A stretch of DNA of 64,000 nucleotides from an uncultured Chloroflexia bacterium (GCA_963849635.1 CAWKIA010000024.1:33615-97614); one strand, 5' to 3'. Positions 10,441-20,704 are shown, numbered from the stretch's first letter. Numbers and translations are program-made. The notes: generated by a model from the sequence alone, not told the origin.

Positions 10441-10959
10441 ATCACAGCAATCGTCGCAAGCCCCGTGGATGACCCCACGGACCACGATAACGATGATTTG
10501 TTGGAAGAGGCGGTTGTGCTCTTGCCCGAGGTGGGCAAGTGTCTGTTCGCCTCCATCATGCGGCATCCAAGCGTCGAAGGCTTGACCATGCCGCAGATCA
10601 AGGCACTCGGATTCCTCGGCCACCACGCTCCCTGCACGGTTGGTGAGCTGGCAAACGGGCTGGGGATCGCGATGGCGACCGCGTCCGAAGCGGTCGACCG
10701 CCTGGTGGAGCGCTCGCTGATCGAGCGCCAGGCAAACCCCACCGATCGTCGCAGGGTTATGTTGACGCTGACGGCCCAGGGACGGTCCCTGACGGACGAC
10801 CTGCTGGCCATCCGGCGTCGTCAGATGCGCTCGGCCTTTGCGCACTTGTCCGGCGAAGACCGCGCCGCGTTCGTCAATGCCCTCAGAGTACTGGTGGGGG
10901 TACTTGGCGACGACATCGAACCCGGAGCGGAAAAGAATGGGGCCGCGACGGCGGCCTGA
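10441..10959 (+). CDS. MarR-family transcriptional regulator (start uncertain)
   Basis: wHTH: TVGELANGLGIAMATASEAVDRLVERSLIERQANPTDRRRVMLTLT. AAGGAAG RBS lies 5 nt before an in-frame ATC at 10441; next in-frame GTG at 10465. Confidence 0.85.
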   Translation: MTAIVASPVDDPTDHDNDDLLEEAVVLLPEVGKCLFASIMRHPSVEGLTMPQIKALGFLGHHAPCTVGELANGLGIAMATASEAVDRLVERSLIERQANPTDRRRVMLTLTAQGRSLTDDLLAIRRRQMRSAFAHLSGEDRAAFVNALRVLVGVLGDDIEPGAEKNGAATAA

Positions 10960-11076
10960 TCACCCCCAGGCTAAGGGGACCGGACAGACCGGCGACCAAC
11001 TCACAATTCGACAGTTTTCCAGTTCAATCGTTGAGGACAGAAAACACCGGTGACCTCGCCGGTCGGAGGAGATTTT

Positions 11077-12753
11077 ATGTCGCAACCAGTTGCGTCCGCC
11101 CGGTCAGTGGGCGGAATCTCGGGCGGAGGAGCCGGCGCCGGCACAGGGGAGCGCAATCCCTGGTTGGTGCTCGTGGTGCTCTGCACGGCGGTCTTCATGC
11201 TCCTGCTGGACACGACGATCGTCAATGTCGCCCAGCGCAAGATTCAAGAATCACTCAACGCGGATCTGACCCAGATCCAGTGGGTTCTCGATAGCTACAT
11301 TCTCGCCTTCGCCGTCTTCCTCCTCTCTTTCGGCCGCCTGGGCGATGTCTTCGGCCGCAAGAAGCTCTTCATGATCGGAATCACGGTCTTTACCCTGGCC
11401 TCCGCCCTGTGTGGCGCCTCGGTCTGGATCGGCGACATCCTGGGCGTCTCCAGTATCTCGGTCTTGATCGGCGCCCGCGTCATCCAGGGCCTCGGCGGCG
11501 CCTGCATGATGCCGCAGTCGCTCTCCCTGCTCACCATTGCCTTCCCCGCCGAGAAGCGCGGCGCCGCGATGGGCATCTGGGGCGCAGTGGTCGCTCTCGG
11601 AGCCGTCACTGGCCCGATCATCGGTGGTCTGATCGTCACCGACTTCGCCTGGGAGTGGATCTTCCTGATCAACCTGCCGGTCGGTGCCGCCGCCCTGTGG
11701 GCGACGCGGGAAATCGTGCCGGAGTCGGTCGATCCGCTGGCGACGAAGCGGATCGACTGGGGCGGGCTCGCCCTCTCCGGGGTCGGCATCTTCTCCCTCG
11801 TCTACGCCTCGATCGAAGGCAACGCGAAGGGCTGGACCAGCCCGTTGATTCTCGGTCTTTACGCCCTGAGCGTGGTCCTGCTGGTCGCCTTCATCTGGTG
11901 GGAGAGCCGCGTTGCTGACCCGATGATGAAACTCGAGCTGTTCAAGCTGCGCAACTTCTCCATCGGCGCCGTCATCTCCCTGATCGTCTCGTTCGGGATG
12001 CTGGGGATCTTCTTCCCGATGACTATCTTCCTCCAAGGCGTCCTTGGCTTCACCCCGATCAAGGCCGGACTGACGATGACGCCAATGTCCCTGATGCTCA
12101 TGGTGGCGGCTCCGATCTCCGGGCGGTTGACCGACCGGATTGGCGCCCGCTGGATCATGGTGACGGGCCTATCCCTGGTGACGGTGGGCATCCTCTTCAT
12201 CATCAACCGGGTCGACACGCACACCAACTGGGTCCACCTGCTCCCGGCGCTGCTGGTTGCCGGAGCCGGCATGGGGATGACCTTTGCCCCGATGACCGCC
12301 GCCGCCATGGCCGATGTGCCGCCGCGGATCACGGGCAGCGCCTCCGGGATCATCAATACGATGCGCAATATCGGCCAGGTGCTTGGTATCGCCATCCTGG
12401 GCTCGGTGCTCGCCACGCAGGTCGGAACCCACACAGCCGATCGCCTGGCGGAGACGTCACTCGATCCCGCGACGCAGGCCCAGGCGGTCAGCCTGGCCAA
12501 GGAGAGCCGGTTCGAGCAGATCGCCGGCATTCTTCCGGCCGATCAGGTTGCTGGCGTGATGCGTGACGTGCAGTTGGCCTTTATCGATAGCCTCCACAAC
12601 ACCTTCCTCGTCGGCGCCCTCGCCTGCGCCATCGCGGGTGTGATGGCCTACTTCATCCGCAACCCGTTGCCGCGAGCGGTGACTCGCCAGGCGGCCGAGA
12701 CCTTCGGCGAGTCCGAGACGAGCACCGCCCCGGTGGTAGTCGCGGCGGACTAG
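11077..12753 (+). CDS. DHA2-family (EmrB/QacA) MFS efflux transporter
   Basis: GGAGGA RBS; LLDTTIVNVA; motif A GRLGDVFGRKK; 14-TM pattern. Confidence 0.95.
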   Translation: MSQPVASARSVGGISGGGAGAGTGERNPWLVLVVLCTAVFMLLLDTTIVNVAQRKIQESLNADLTQIQWVLDSYILAFAVFLLSFGRLGDVFGRKKLFMIGITVFTLASALCGASVWIGDILGVSSISVLIGARVIQGLGGACMMPQSLSLLTIAFPAEKRGAAMGIWGAVVALGAVTGPIIGGLIVTDFAWEWIFLINLPVGAAALWATREIVPESVDPLATKRIDWGGLALSGVGIFSLVYASIEGNAKGWTSPLILGLYALSVVLLVAFIWWESRVADPMMKLELFKLRNFSIGAVISLIVSFGMLGIFFPMTIFLQGVLGFTPIKAGLTMTPMSLMLMVAAPISGRLTDRIGARWIMVTGLSLVTVGILFIINRVDTHTNWVHLLPALLVAGAGMGMTFAPMTAAAMADVPPRITGSASGIINTMRNIGQVLGIAILGSVLATQVGTHTADRLAETSLDPATQAQAVSLAKESRFEQIAGILPADQVAGVMRDVQLAFIDSLHNTFLVGALACAIAGVMAYFIRNPLPRAVTRQAAETFGESETSTAPVVVAAD

Positions 12754-12923
12754 CTGGCGCCTTTATCGATTTCGAGAGACGCGAACGGGGCGGAGAGCAA
12801 TGGTCTCCGCCCCGATCCGTTTGCCATTAGGTCGGTTTCTTCTTAGGCTCAGATCAGGCCACCCTTACCGCCCGAATCGGATTGCGCATGGCGCACCTCC
12901 TCAAAACGTGAGCCGTTTGAACG

Positions 12924-13166
12924 CTATATCCGCGAGGTCGACCAATCCTTCATGGCCTGCTTGCCCGGCCGGTCGACGTGGACGTGCTGATCGACCCTGG
13001 TGACCCAGTCGACCGGGATCCAGTGATGCTGCCCCTGATCATCCCTGGTCAGCTTGATCGAGTTGCCGTCCATGTGATCAACCGTGGCAAACTGGCCACC
13101 CTCCGAGCACACGACCGGCATGTGAGCGCGAATCATCTCGGTGTTAACTGGTGTTCTGGTAGCCAT
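12924..13166 (-). CDS. DUF2171-family small protein
   Basis: IRAHMPVVCSEGGQFATVDHMDGNSIKLTRDDQGQHHWIPVDWV; GGAGG RBS. Confidence 0.85.
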   Translation of the reverse strand: MATRTPVNTEMIRAHMPVVCSEGGQFATVDHMDGNSIKLTRDDQGQHHWIPVDWVTRVDQHVHVDRPGKQAMKDWSTSRI

Positions 13167-13371
13167 AGAGGGCGTTCCTCCATCGGAACAGGCAATATTG
13201 CCTGCAGAAGACTACGCAGAAGCCATGCCACGCCACACAGTGAACGGAAAAGAATGGAAAACTACGTACGGACATGATTCCGGGCACGGTACTTGCCGTA
13301 ATACCTACAGGTGGGGGAATTGGAGCTAGCACCTGCTCCAGCATTCCACCTCAGAGGCAAAGGAGGTACCT

Positions 13372-13851
13372 GTGGCCATCACCGAAAAGACCATCGATGT
13401 CAATGTTCCGATCCGGACCGCGTACGATCAGTGGACCCAATTCGAGTCGTTCCCGCTCTTCATGGAGGGCGTTGAAGAAGTTCGCCAGGTAAACGACAAA
13501 CGTCTCGAATGGCGCGCGAGGATTGCGGGCAAGTCCGAGACGTGGACCGCCGATATCACCGAGCAAACGCCGGATCGCGCGATCGCGTGGCGAAGCACGA
13601 GCGGCGCCGAGAACTCCGGTCGGGTCACTTTCACGCCGGTTGATCCTACGACCACAAGGGTCATGGTTGAGATCGGCTACGACCCGAAGGGCGTGGTGGA
13701 GAAGACAGGTGACGCCATGGGCGTGATAGATCGCCGTGTCGCAGGCGACCTTAAGCGGTTCAAGCAGTTCATTGAGGAACGCGGGGCCGAAACCGGCGCC
13801 TGGAGGGGCGAGATCCACAGCGGTCAGGTCGAGCACGGAGCCACGAGCTAG
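13372..13851 (+). CDS. SRPBCC / polyketide cyclase-dehydrase family protein
   Basis: VPIRTAYDQWTQFESFPLFMEGVEEV ... DLKRFKQFIEERGAETGAWRG; AAGGAGG RBS. Confidence 0.92.
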   Translation: MAITEKTIDVNVPIRTAYDQWTQFESFPLFMEGVEEVRQVNDKRLEWRARIAGKSETWTADITEQTPDRAIAWRSTSGAENSGRVTFTPVDPTTTRVMVEIGYDPKGVVEKTGDAMGVIDRRVAGDLKRFKQFIEERGAETGAWRGEIHSGQVEHGATS

Positions 13852-13876
13852 CCAGCCAACGAGCCACGATGCTACA

Positions 13877-13912
13877 GGGAGCGCCCCCGGCTACCCGGCC
13901 GGGGGCGCTCCC
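13877..13912. terminator. Bidirectional terminator-like hairpin between convergent genes
   Basis: Perfect 15-bp stem GGGAGCGCCCCCGGC/GCCGGGGGCGCTCCC. Confidence 0.65.
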
Positions 13913-13957
13913 GTGTCAAGTTCGGAATGGTTCGAGGAGATCGGGGAGGGCCGGAGT

Positions 13958-14299
13958 TCAGGACCCAAATGCTGCTCCCTCCTCCCCTTCCATACCGGTG
14001 CTCGCGGGATTGCTAGTGGGGGCCATCGCAGTCGGCAGTTCGATCGGGCCACCGCCGGGGTCGCTTGACGGCGGACTCATCGACCAGTCACGCCGGACCT
14101 GGCCGATAGGGCGATCAACCTGGACGGACTGGTCGACTCGAGTCACCCAGTCGGCGGGAATCCAGTGATGGTGCCCTTGATCGTCCTTCGTCAGTTTGAT
14201 GTTATTGCCCTCGACCCGGTCGACCGTGCCACAGCGGCCACCGTCGGAGCAGACGACCGGCATATGTTCGCGGATGTCCTGGAGACTGCTGGGAGTCAT
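13958..14299 (-). CDS. DUF2171-family protein (paralogue of 12924..13166)
   Basis: MTPSSLQDIREHMPVVCSDGGRCGTVDRVEGNNIKLTKDDQGHHHWIPADWV; GAAAGGA RBS. Confidence 0.8.
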   Translation of the reverse strand: MTPSSLQDIREHMPVVCSDGGRCGTVDRVEGNNIKLTKDDQGHHHWIPADWVTRVDQSVQVDRPIGQVRRDWSMSPPSSDPGGGPIELPTAMAPTSNPASTGMEGEEGAAFGS

Positions 14300-14396
14300 G
14301 GCGCTAACGGTCCTTTCACGAACGCGATCCCGGCGGGTTCGCCGGCTACCGATCCGTGTCGCAGAACGCTTGCCATCCGCGTGGTCACGAGGCCGG

Positions 14397-14774
14397 CTAG
14401 CCGATCCCATATCCGTAGTACGCGCTGAGGCCGTCCCAGTAGTCCGGCGGAGGTGGCTCTGCGGGGTCATACAGGGGCCCACTGAGTACCCGCTCCCGCA
14501 AGTGCTCCAGAAACAGGCGATCGCGCTCTAACCGGGCAATAGCGTCGACCGGTATCGCGAATTCACGTAGTTTCGTATCGAGCGTGTGATCAGCGACGAC
14601 GACAAGGAAACGAATGTGGCCGTTGGCGCCGTCCACCAGGAGATCGCGCACGTTGCCGATCTCCTCGCCCGCCTTGTCGAAGACGCGGCGACTTCGCAGG
14701 TCTTGCTGACCTCCACCCGGAGGATCTCCCTGCATGCCGAGGGGAACGAGGGTGCCGTCGTTGCCGTACTCCAT
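14397..14774 (-). CDS. PRC-barrel domain protein
   Basis: DLRSRRVFDKAGEEIGNVRDLLVDGANGHIRFLVV ... AIPVDAI ... YWDGLSAYYGY. Confidence 0.85.
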   Translation of the reverse strand: MEYGNDGTLVPLGMQGDPPGGGQQDLRSRRVFDKAGEEIGNVRDLLVDGANGHIRFLVVVADHTLDTKLREFAIPVDAIARLERDRLFLEHLRERVLSGPLYDPAEPPPPDYWDGLSAYYGYGIG

Positions 14775-15051
14775 CCTGGTGCGTCTCCTGGCTGCGCGTA
14801 ACGTGAGTCTTTCCGTTGAACCACCGTCAGCAGGAAAGAGACCATCGTCCACTGTTCTTCACTCAGGTGTGGAGTGAATCACAACCCAAGTTGCCTAGCC
14901 CACAAAGTTCAGCGTTCCCCACTACCGATCTTGGGCGAAACGCCGTATTATCTCGCCGCGCCTCCGGCTGATCTGAGACGCAGGGATGCACAGATGCAGG
15001 GCGGAGCATCCGCGTTCAGGATGGCCGATCAGTTAGGCTCACGCGCGAGAA

Positions 15052-15723
15052 ATGGAGAACCCGGTGACCGACACCAATGTCCCGTCGTCCCAGAAAGTTG
15101 TGCTCTGCTACGGCGATTCAAACACCTGGGGCTATGACCCCGCCACCCGGACGCGCTTCGGACCTACGACGCGCTGGACAGGCGTCCTGGCTCAGAACCT
15201 GGGACCAGGCTTTCGGGTGATCGAAGAGGGGCTCAACGGGCGGACGACAGTCTTCGATGATCCCCTCTCGCCGGGAAGAAACGGCCTGACCTATCTGCTG
15301 CCCTGCCTGGAAAGCCACTGCCCGGTCGATCTGGTCACGATCATGCTGGGCACGAATGACCTCAAGCAGCGCTTCAACCACTCGGCCAGTGATATCGCCG
15401 AAGGGGCGGGCCTGCTCGCCGATTTCGCGAAGCGATACGCTCGCCGGAACGACGGCAACCCGGCGACTATCCTCCTCATGGCGCCCCCTCCGATCGTCAA
15501 TCTGACCGAATTCGATCTCATGTTTGAAGGCGCCTGCGAGAAATCACGCCAGTTCGGGACGTACTACGAGCGCGTCGCCCGTTGGAACGCCGTCCCCTTC
15601 CTCGATGCGGGTCAGGTTATTGTCTCGAGCGAGTTGGATGGGATTCACTTCGACGCCGACCAGCACGTCAAATTAGGTGAAGCCGTGGCGGCGAAGGTCC
15701 GGTCGCTCCTGGCGGAGGCGTAA
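15052..15723 (+). CDS. SGNH/GDSL hydrolase (arylesterase-like)
   Basis: GDSNTWG, EEGLNGRTT, MLGTND, DGIHF catalytic blocks. Confidence 0.93.
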   Translation: MENPVTDTNVPSSQKVVLCYGDSNTWGYDPATRTRFGPTTRWTGVLAQNLGPGFRVIEEGLNGRTTVFDDPLSPGRNGLTYLLPCLESHCPVDLVTIMLGTNDLKQRFNHSASDIAEGAGLLADFAKRYARRNDGNPATILLMAPPPIVNLTEFDLMFEGACEKSRQFGTYYERVARWNAVPFLDAGQVIVSSELDGIHFDADQHVKLGEAVAAKVRSLLAEA

Positions 15724-15728
15724 CGTCT

Positions 15729-16880
15729 ATGCCCCCAGCGGATGCCGGCACAGACTGGCTGGCGGCGATCGACCCCGAAGAAGCCGCCTCCCTGACAGCC
15801 ACGCTCGTTGCCATCAGGTCGTACCCCGGGGAAGAGCGGGCAGTGCAGGAGGTGGTTGCCACCTGGCTGCGCGCGAACCGCATCGAGGCTGAAGAGCGAC
15901 CTACCGAGGACTCCAACCGTCCCAATATCGTCGCCCAGATCGAGAACGGCCCCGGGCCTGTCCTCCTGCTCAACGGTCATACCGACACCGTTTTGGCGGC
16001 GGAGGGTTGGTCGTCCGACCCGTGGACCCCGCGGCGGGACGGGGACCGGCTCTACGGTCTCGGCGCCTGCGACATGAAATCGGGCGTGGCGGCGGCCATG
16101 CTTGCCACCCGCTCCCTCGACCAGCATCGCGACCGCTGGCGCGGTACCGTGATCTTCACCTCGGTTGTCGACGAGGAGGCCTATTCGATCGGGGCCCGAG
16201 CCCTGATCAATGGTGGGATTCGGGCGGATGCCTGCATTGTCACCGAATCATCCTGGGAACAACCCGCCCTCGGATCGGTCGGCAAAGTCCTGATCAAGGT
16301 CGAGGTCATCGGGAAGGCGTCCCACGCCTCGTGGCCGTGGGAGGGTATCAACGCCGCCGTTGAGGCCGCCCGCTTCGCGGTGGCGATGGAAGGTCTACCG
16401 CTGGGCACGCACGCGCGGCTGCGAGCCAGCCAGTGCGTACTCTCGCTGTTGGGCGGCAGTGCCCAGTACGTCATTACCGTTCCCGAGAAGGCAACGATCC
16501 TGGTCAACCGGCATATCGTCCCCGGCGAGACCGCCGAGAGCGTACTGGCGCAGTATCAGGCATTGGCTGACAGCCTAAACTCGCCGGCCAGGTTCAAACT
16601 CAGCATCGCGCCGCCGTATTATCCGTCGTGGGAGATCGGGACGGACCATCCCTTCGTTGCGGCTCTGGCCACGGCGTACACCGCCGAAACAGGCTCAGTG
16701 CCCAAATGGGGATACTTTGGGTTCAGTGATGCCAATCTCTTCAGTGGTGCCGGGATCCCGTCTGTCCAACTTGGTCCTCACGGCGGGAACTTCCACGCTG
16801 CCGACGAATGGGTCAGCGTCCAGAGCATCGCCGCGGCGGCGCGGGTGCTGCTCCGCACGGCGGAGGTGATTCTGGCGTAG
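15729..16880 (+). CDS. M20-family metallopeptidase/deacylase (ArgE/DapE-like)
   Basis: NGHTDTV, GLGACDMKSG, DEE, ES, GKASHAS, GNFHAADE. Confidence 0.92.
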   Translation: MPPADAGTDWLAAIDPEEAASLTATLVAIRSYPGEERAVQEVVATWLRANRIEAEERPTEDSNRPNIVAQIENGPGPVLLLNGHTDTVLAAEGWSSDPWTPRRDGDRLYGLGACDMKSGVAAAMLATRSLDQHRDRWRGTVIFTSVVDEEAYSIGARALINGGIRADACIVTESSWEQPALGSVGKVLIKVEVIGKASHASWPWEGINAAVEAARFAVAMEGLPLGTHARLRASQCVLSLLGGSAQYVITVPEKATILVNRHIVPGETAESVLAQYQALADSLNSPARFKLSIAPPYYPSWEIGTDHPFVAALATAYTAETGSVPKWGYFGFSDANLFSGAGIPSVQLGPHGGNFHAADEWVSVQSIAAAARVLLRTAEVILA

Positions 16881-16905
16881 GCGTCAGACGTATTGAGGGA
16901 GCGTT

Positions 16906-17739
16906 ATGCGGTTCGGGGTGCAGGTACGGGCGACGGCGGAGGGCGGTAACCTGCGCGACCTCGCCCGGCGAATCGAGGAAGCGGGCTTCGAATCACTCTG
17001 GCTGCCGGAACATACCCACATGCCCGTCAGCGTGGGCCGGGAGCACGCTGAGGGAGCCGACTGGCTCGCCGTCAACATGCGCCTGTTCGATCCCTTTATT
17101 GGCCTCGCGGTCGCGGCTGCCGCCACGACCCGGCTGCGCCTTGGCACAGGGGTTTGCCTCATTCCGCAGCACAATCCGATCACGCTCGCCAAGCAGGTTG
17201 CCACGCTGGATGTCCTCTCCGACGGTCGATTCCTCTTCGGCGTCGGGGCCGGATGGAACGAGCCGGAACTCGCCCACCATGGCGTGCGGGCCGGAACGCA
17301 GTGGACCGTAATGCGCGAGACCGTCGAAGCGCTCCGGGCGATCTGGACATATGAAGAGGCGGCCTACACGGGGACGTACATTCAATTCGATCCGATCTGG
17401 CAGTGGCCGAAGCCGGCCCAACGGCCTCATCCCCCGATTCTGGTTGGAGGTGAGGGTCCGCATGTGCTTCGCCGCGTCGTCGCGTACGGCGACGCCTGGA
17501 TGCCCAACGACCATCCGGAAGTGATTGACCGCATGGCCGAACTGGCCGAACTGGCTCAGGCGGCTGGCCGGCAGCCGATACCGGTGACCACCTACGCGAC
17601 CCCCGCTGATCCGGCCCGGATCGAAGCCCTCGATGCCGCCGGGGTCTCTCGCTGCGTCTTCAACCTGCGCACCGGAGATGCTGACGATGTGCGCTGGTCC
17701 CTGGCCAAGCTCGGTGAGATGGTGCGGCCCTATCGGTAA
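16906..17739 (+). CDS. LLM-class F420-dependent oxidoreductase
   Basis: GFESLWLPEHTH, LAKQVATLDVLSDGRFLFGVGAGWN, PKPAQRPHPPILVGG. Confidence 0.92.
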   Translation: MRFGVQVRATAEGGNLRDLARRIEEAGFESLWLPEHTHMPVSVGREHAEGADWLAVNMRLFDPFIGLAVAAAATTRLRLGTGVCLIPQHNPITLAKQVATLDVLSDGRFLFGVGAGWNEPELAHHGVRAGTQWTVMRETVEALRAIWTYEEAAYTGTYIQFDPIWQWPKPAQRPHPPILVGGEGPHVLRRVVAYGDAWMPNDHPEVIDRMAELAELAQAAGRQPIPVTTYATPADPARIEALDAAGVSRCVFNLRTGDADDVRWSLAKLGEMVRPYR

Positions 17740-17826
17740 AAGTCCGACTCCCTCGATGACAGCGGCGTATGGCCGATAATCTGCCAAGAGTGACGTGGAT
17801 TCGGGTTCGGCGGCCGGTGCCTAAAA

Positions 17827-18483
17827 ATGAGGGTGTCGCCTATGCGACGTCCGCTCCCCGCTGTGCTATCCCGAGAGATCATTCCCTTGCCGGGTGACCG
17901 GCGGCATCAGGCCGCCGATTTGCTCGGCCTGGCCTGCGCCGATCATCCGCTCGTGCCTTTCCTTGCCCCGGCGGCCTATGCCCGGACGCGGCAGGCGCTG
18001 GCCCTGGCCGGTCAGTCGCTGATCGGGTTTGGCGAGGCCTGCGGCACGGTCGATGTCACCTCGCCCATCCTCGATGGTCTGGCGATCTGGCTCACCCCGG
18101 CTCCCGCCTGGCAACTCCCGGTCCGCCGGGCCTGGGAGGTCCAGGTCGCCGCCGCCTTAGGACAGGGGTTAGCTGGGTTTCTCCGCTGTCTGCGCCTGCT
18201 GGCCCAACTCGATCGGGTCGGCAAAGAGGCCGCGCCAGAGCCGCATTCTCAATTGCTGGCCCATGTAGTCCACCCGGCCCGGCGCGGCCGGGGCCTGGAA
18301 GACGCGCTGCTTGAGACCGGATTGGATCGCGGGGACCGGGCCGGGGTGGCCTGCACGACAGTCTGCTTCCAGGCCGCGGCAGTGCTCTATTATGTCGATC
18401 ATGGCTTCCGGGCAGTAGCTGACGGCGATGTGCCCCAGGGCGGCCCACACTTCTGGCTCTTGAGACGGCCGGCCAGGCGCTAG
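17827..18483 (+). CDS. GNAT-family N-acetyltransferase
   Basis: C-terminal VVHPARRGRG motif A and YYVDHGF motif B. Start uncertain. Confidence 0.65.
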   Translation: MRVSPMRRPLPAVLSREIIPLPGDRRHQAADLLGLACADHPLVPFLAPAAYARTRQALALAGQSLIGFGEACGTVDVTSPILDGLAIWLTPAPAWQLPVRRAWEVQVAAALGQGLAGFLRCLRLLAQLDRVGKEAAPEPHSQLLAHVVHPARRGRGLEDALLETGLDRGDRAGVACTTVCFQAAAVLYYVDHGFRAVADGDVPQGGPHFWLLRRPARR

Positions 18484-18512
18484 CGAGCTGCGTCCCCAGA
18501 AGAAATCCCGAT

Positions 18513-18833
18513 TCAGTCGACCAGTGCCACTTGAACGTCTTCGCCCACAACACGGACGCGGTACTTCTCGATCGCGACGACCACCGGGAAGCAGGCCGGA
18601 GCGCCGGTGCGGATGTTGAAGGCGCCGCCGTGAAGTGGGCATTCGATCTCGTCGCCTGAGATCTCGCCGTCGGAGAGGGAGGCGTCCTGGTGGGTGCAGG
18701 TGTCGTTGATGGCGTGGTACTCGCCGTCGAAGTTGATCAGGCAGACGGGGGTGTCGCCGACTTCGACGTAGAGCATTTCGCCGGGCTTGAGTTCATCGGT
18801 CTTGGCGACGGTGACAAACGAGCTATCAACCAT
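18513..18833 (-). CDS. Rieske [2Fe-2S] ferredoxin (SUF-associated)
   Basis: CTHQDASL ... IECPLHGGAF Rieske ligands; last gene of the suf operon. Confidence 0.93.
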   Translation of the reverse strand: MVDSSFVTVAKTDELKPGEMLYVEVGDTPVCLINFDGEYHAINDTCTHQDASLSDGEISGDEIECPLHGGAFNIRTGAPACFPVVVAIEKYRVRVVGEDVQVALVD

Positions 18834-18881
18834 CAACTATCAGCTTTCAGTAAACGCGGGGGTTCACCCCCCGGGGTACAG

Positions 18882-19265
18882 CTAGTCATCATCCTGGGCG
18901 ATGCCGTAGATGCTGGCCTTCAGAACTTTGAGCGGCAGCAGGGCGCATTTCAGGCGGGCCGGGCTGACAGGGATGCCGATCTCGTCAAGCAGGTCGTCCT
19001 TCGTCAGCGCTTTGACCTCGTCGATCGACTTGCCTTCGACCATCTCGGACAGGATCGAGGCGGAGGCCTGGCTCACCGCGCAGCCGCGGCTGCGCTGGGC
19101 GATCTCGGTGACGACGTCGTCGGCGACCCGCAGGTCGATCCGGACCTCGTCACCACAGAGGGGATTGGTGTCTTCATACGAGAAATCATGCGGATCGAGC
19201 GTTCCCTTGTTCCGAGGGTTGCGCGAGTGATCCAGGATGATCTCGCGGTAGATGCTGTCAACCAT
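18882..19265 (-). CDS. sufU: SufU/IscU-type Fe-S scaffold / sulfur-transfer protein
   Basis: YREIILDHSRNPRN, NPLCGD, GCAVSQAS, RLKCA. Confidence 0.92.
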   Translation of the reverse strand: MVDSIYREIILDHSRNPRNKGTLDPHDFSYEDTNPLCGDEVRIDLRVADDVVTEIAQRSRGCAVSQASASILSEMVEGKSIDEVKALTKDDLLDEIGIPVSPARLKCALLPLKVLKASIYGIAQDDD

Positions 19266-19292
19266 AGTCGCGTCCTTCGTCGAGGTGTGGTC

Positions 19293-20639
19293 CTAAGCGG
19301 ACGTAGGTGTGGAGCGTGCCTTGAATGCCGAACAGTCGCTCGACGTTCGCGGTGTGACTTCCGGGGCGCTATCGGCGAGCGAGAAGACTTTCCGGACGCG
19401 GCCGAGGCCGTCAATCAGGCGGTCGACATCTTCGGGCGTGTTGTAGAGGTAGAAGCTGGCGCGAGTCGTGGCCATCACTCCCAGAGCGTCCATCAGCGGC
19501 TGGCAGCAGTGGTGGCCGGCGCGGACCGCCACATTCTCCTCGTCCAGGATCGCGGCGACGTCGTGCGGGTGGATATCGCCCAGGGTGAACGAGATCACCC
19601 CGCCGCGCTGGGCCGGGTCGGCCGGTCCAAAGATCGTCAGGTCCGGCACTTCGCGCAGGCGCTCAAGCGCGTAGCCGGTCAGCTCGATCTCGTGCTCCCG
19701 GATTCGGTCGAGCCCGATGCCGGTCAGGTACTCGACTGCGACCCCTAGCCCGATTGCATCACCGACGGACGGAGTACCCGCTTCGAACTTGGCGGGGACA
19801 TCGGCCCAGGTCGAGCGCTGCAAGCCGACCTTACGGATCATGCTGCCGCCGCCCATGTACGGCGGCATCGCATCGAGCAGCTCGCGCTTGCCGTAGAGCA
19901 CGCCGGAGCCCATCGGGCCGACCATCTTGTGGCCGGAGAGCGCCAGGAAGTCGCAGCCAATCGCCTGCACGTCAACCGGGAGATGGGGCACGCTCTGGGC
20001 GCCGTCGATCAGGACGACCGCACCCGCAGCATGGGCGCGGCGAGTAACCTCGGTCGCGTCGACGATGGTGCCGAGGCTGTTCGAGACGTGCGGGAAGGCA
20101 ACCAGCTTCGGCTCCCGCGCCAGCAGTTCGTCCAAATGGTTCATGTCGAGCAGACCATCCGGTGTGAGCCGGACATGGCCAAGCACCGCGCCCTTCTCCT
20201 CGGCCAGGATCTGCCAGGGGACCAGGTTCGAGTGGTGGTCCATGACCGTCACGACGATCAAGTCACCCTCGCCGACGTTGCGCCTGCCCCAGGTCTGGGC
20301 AACGAGGTTGATACCTTCGGTCGTGTTCCGGACGAAGATGCACTCCCTGGCCGACGCCGCGTTGATGAAGGAGGCCACGATGTGACGAGCTTCTTCGTAC
20401 TTCGCCGTCGCCTTCTCCGAGAGTTGGTAGACCCCACGGTGGATGTTGGCGTTGTAACTCCGATAGTAGGTGTCCATCGCCTCGATGACCGCGTTCGGCT
20501 TTTGCGAAGAGGCGGCGCTATCGAGGAAGGCGAGCGGCTTGCGCCCAGCATCTGGCGTCTGATTCAGGATTGGGAAATCGGCGCGGATGGCAGCGGCATC
20601 GAGGGGGGTGACGACCGTGTCGGTATGTGGTGTGGCCAT
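19293..20639 (-). CDS. sufS: SufS cysteine desulfurase
   Basis: FLDSAASSQKP, NIHRGV, SGHKM (PLP Lys), RAGHHCCQP. AGGAAAGG RBS before ATG 20639. Confidence 0.97.
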   Translation of the reverse strand: MATPHTDTVVTPLDAAAIRADFPILNQTPDAGRKPLAFLDSAASSQKPNAVIEAMDTYYRSYNANIHRGVYQLSEKATAKYEEARHIVASFINAASARECIFVRNTTEGINLVAQTWGRRNVGEGDLIVVTVMDHHSNLVPWQILAEEKGAVLGHVRLTPDGLLDMNHLDELLAREPKLVAFPHVSNSLGTIVDATEVTRRAHAAGAVVLIDGAQSVPHLPVDVQAIGCDFLALSGHKMVGPMGSGVLYGKRELLDAMPPYMGGGSMIRKVGLQRSTWADVPAKFEAGTPSVGDAIGLGVAVEYLTGIGLDRIREHEIELTGYALERLREVPDLTIFGPADPAQRGGVISFTLGDIHPHDVAAILDEENVAVRAGHHCCQPLMDALGVMATTRASFYLYNTPEDVDRLIDGLGRVRKVFSLADSAPEVTPRTSSDCSAFKARSTPTSA

Positions 20640-20704
20640 GGGTACGTCCTTTCCTGAACCGGCCGGGACGAGCCGCCTGGGAAAACGGTGCGGCGTCCTG
20701 GTTT

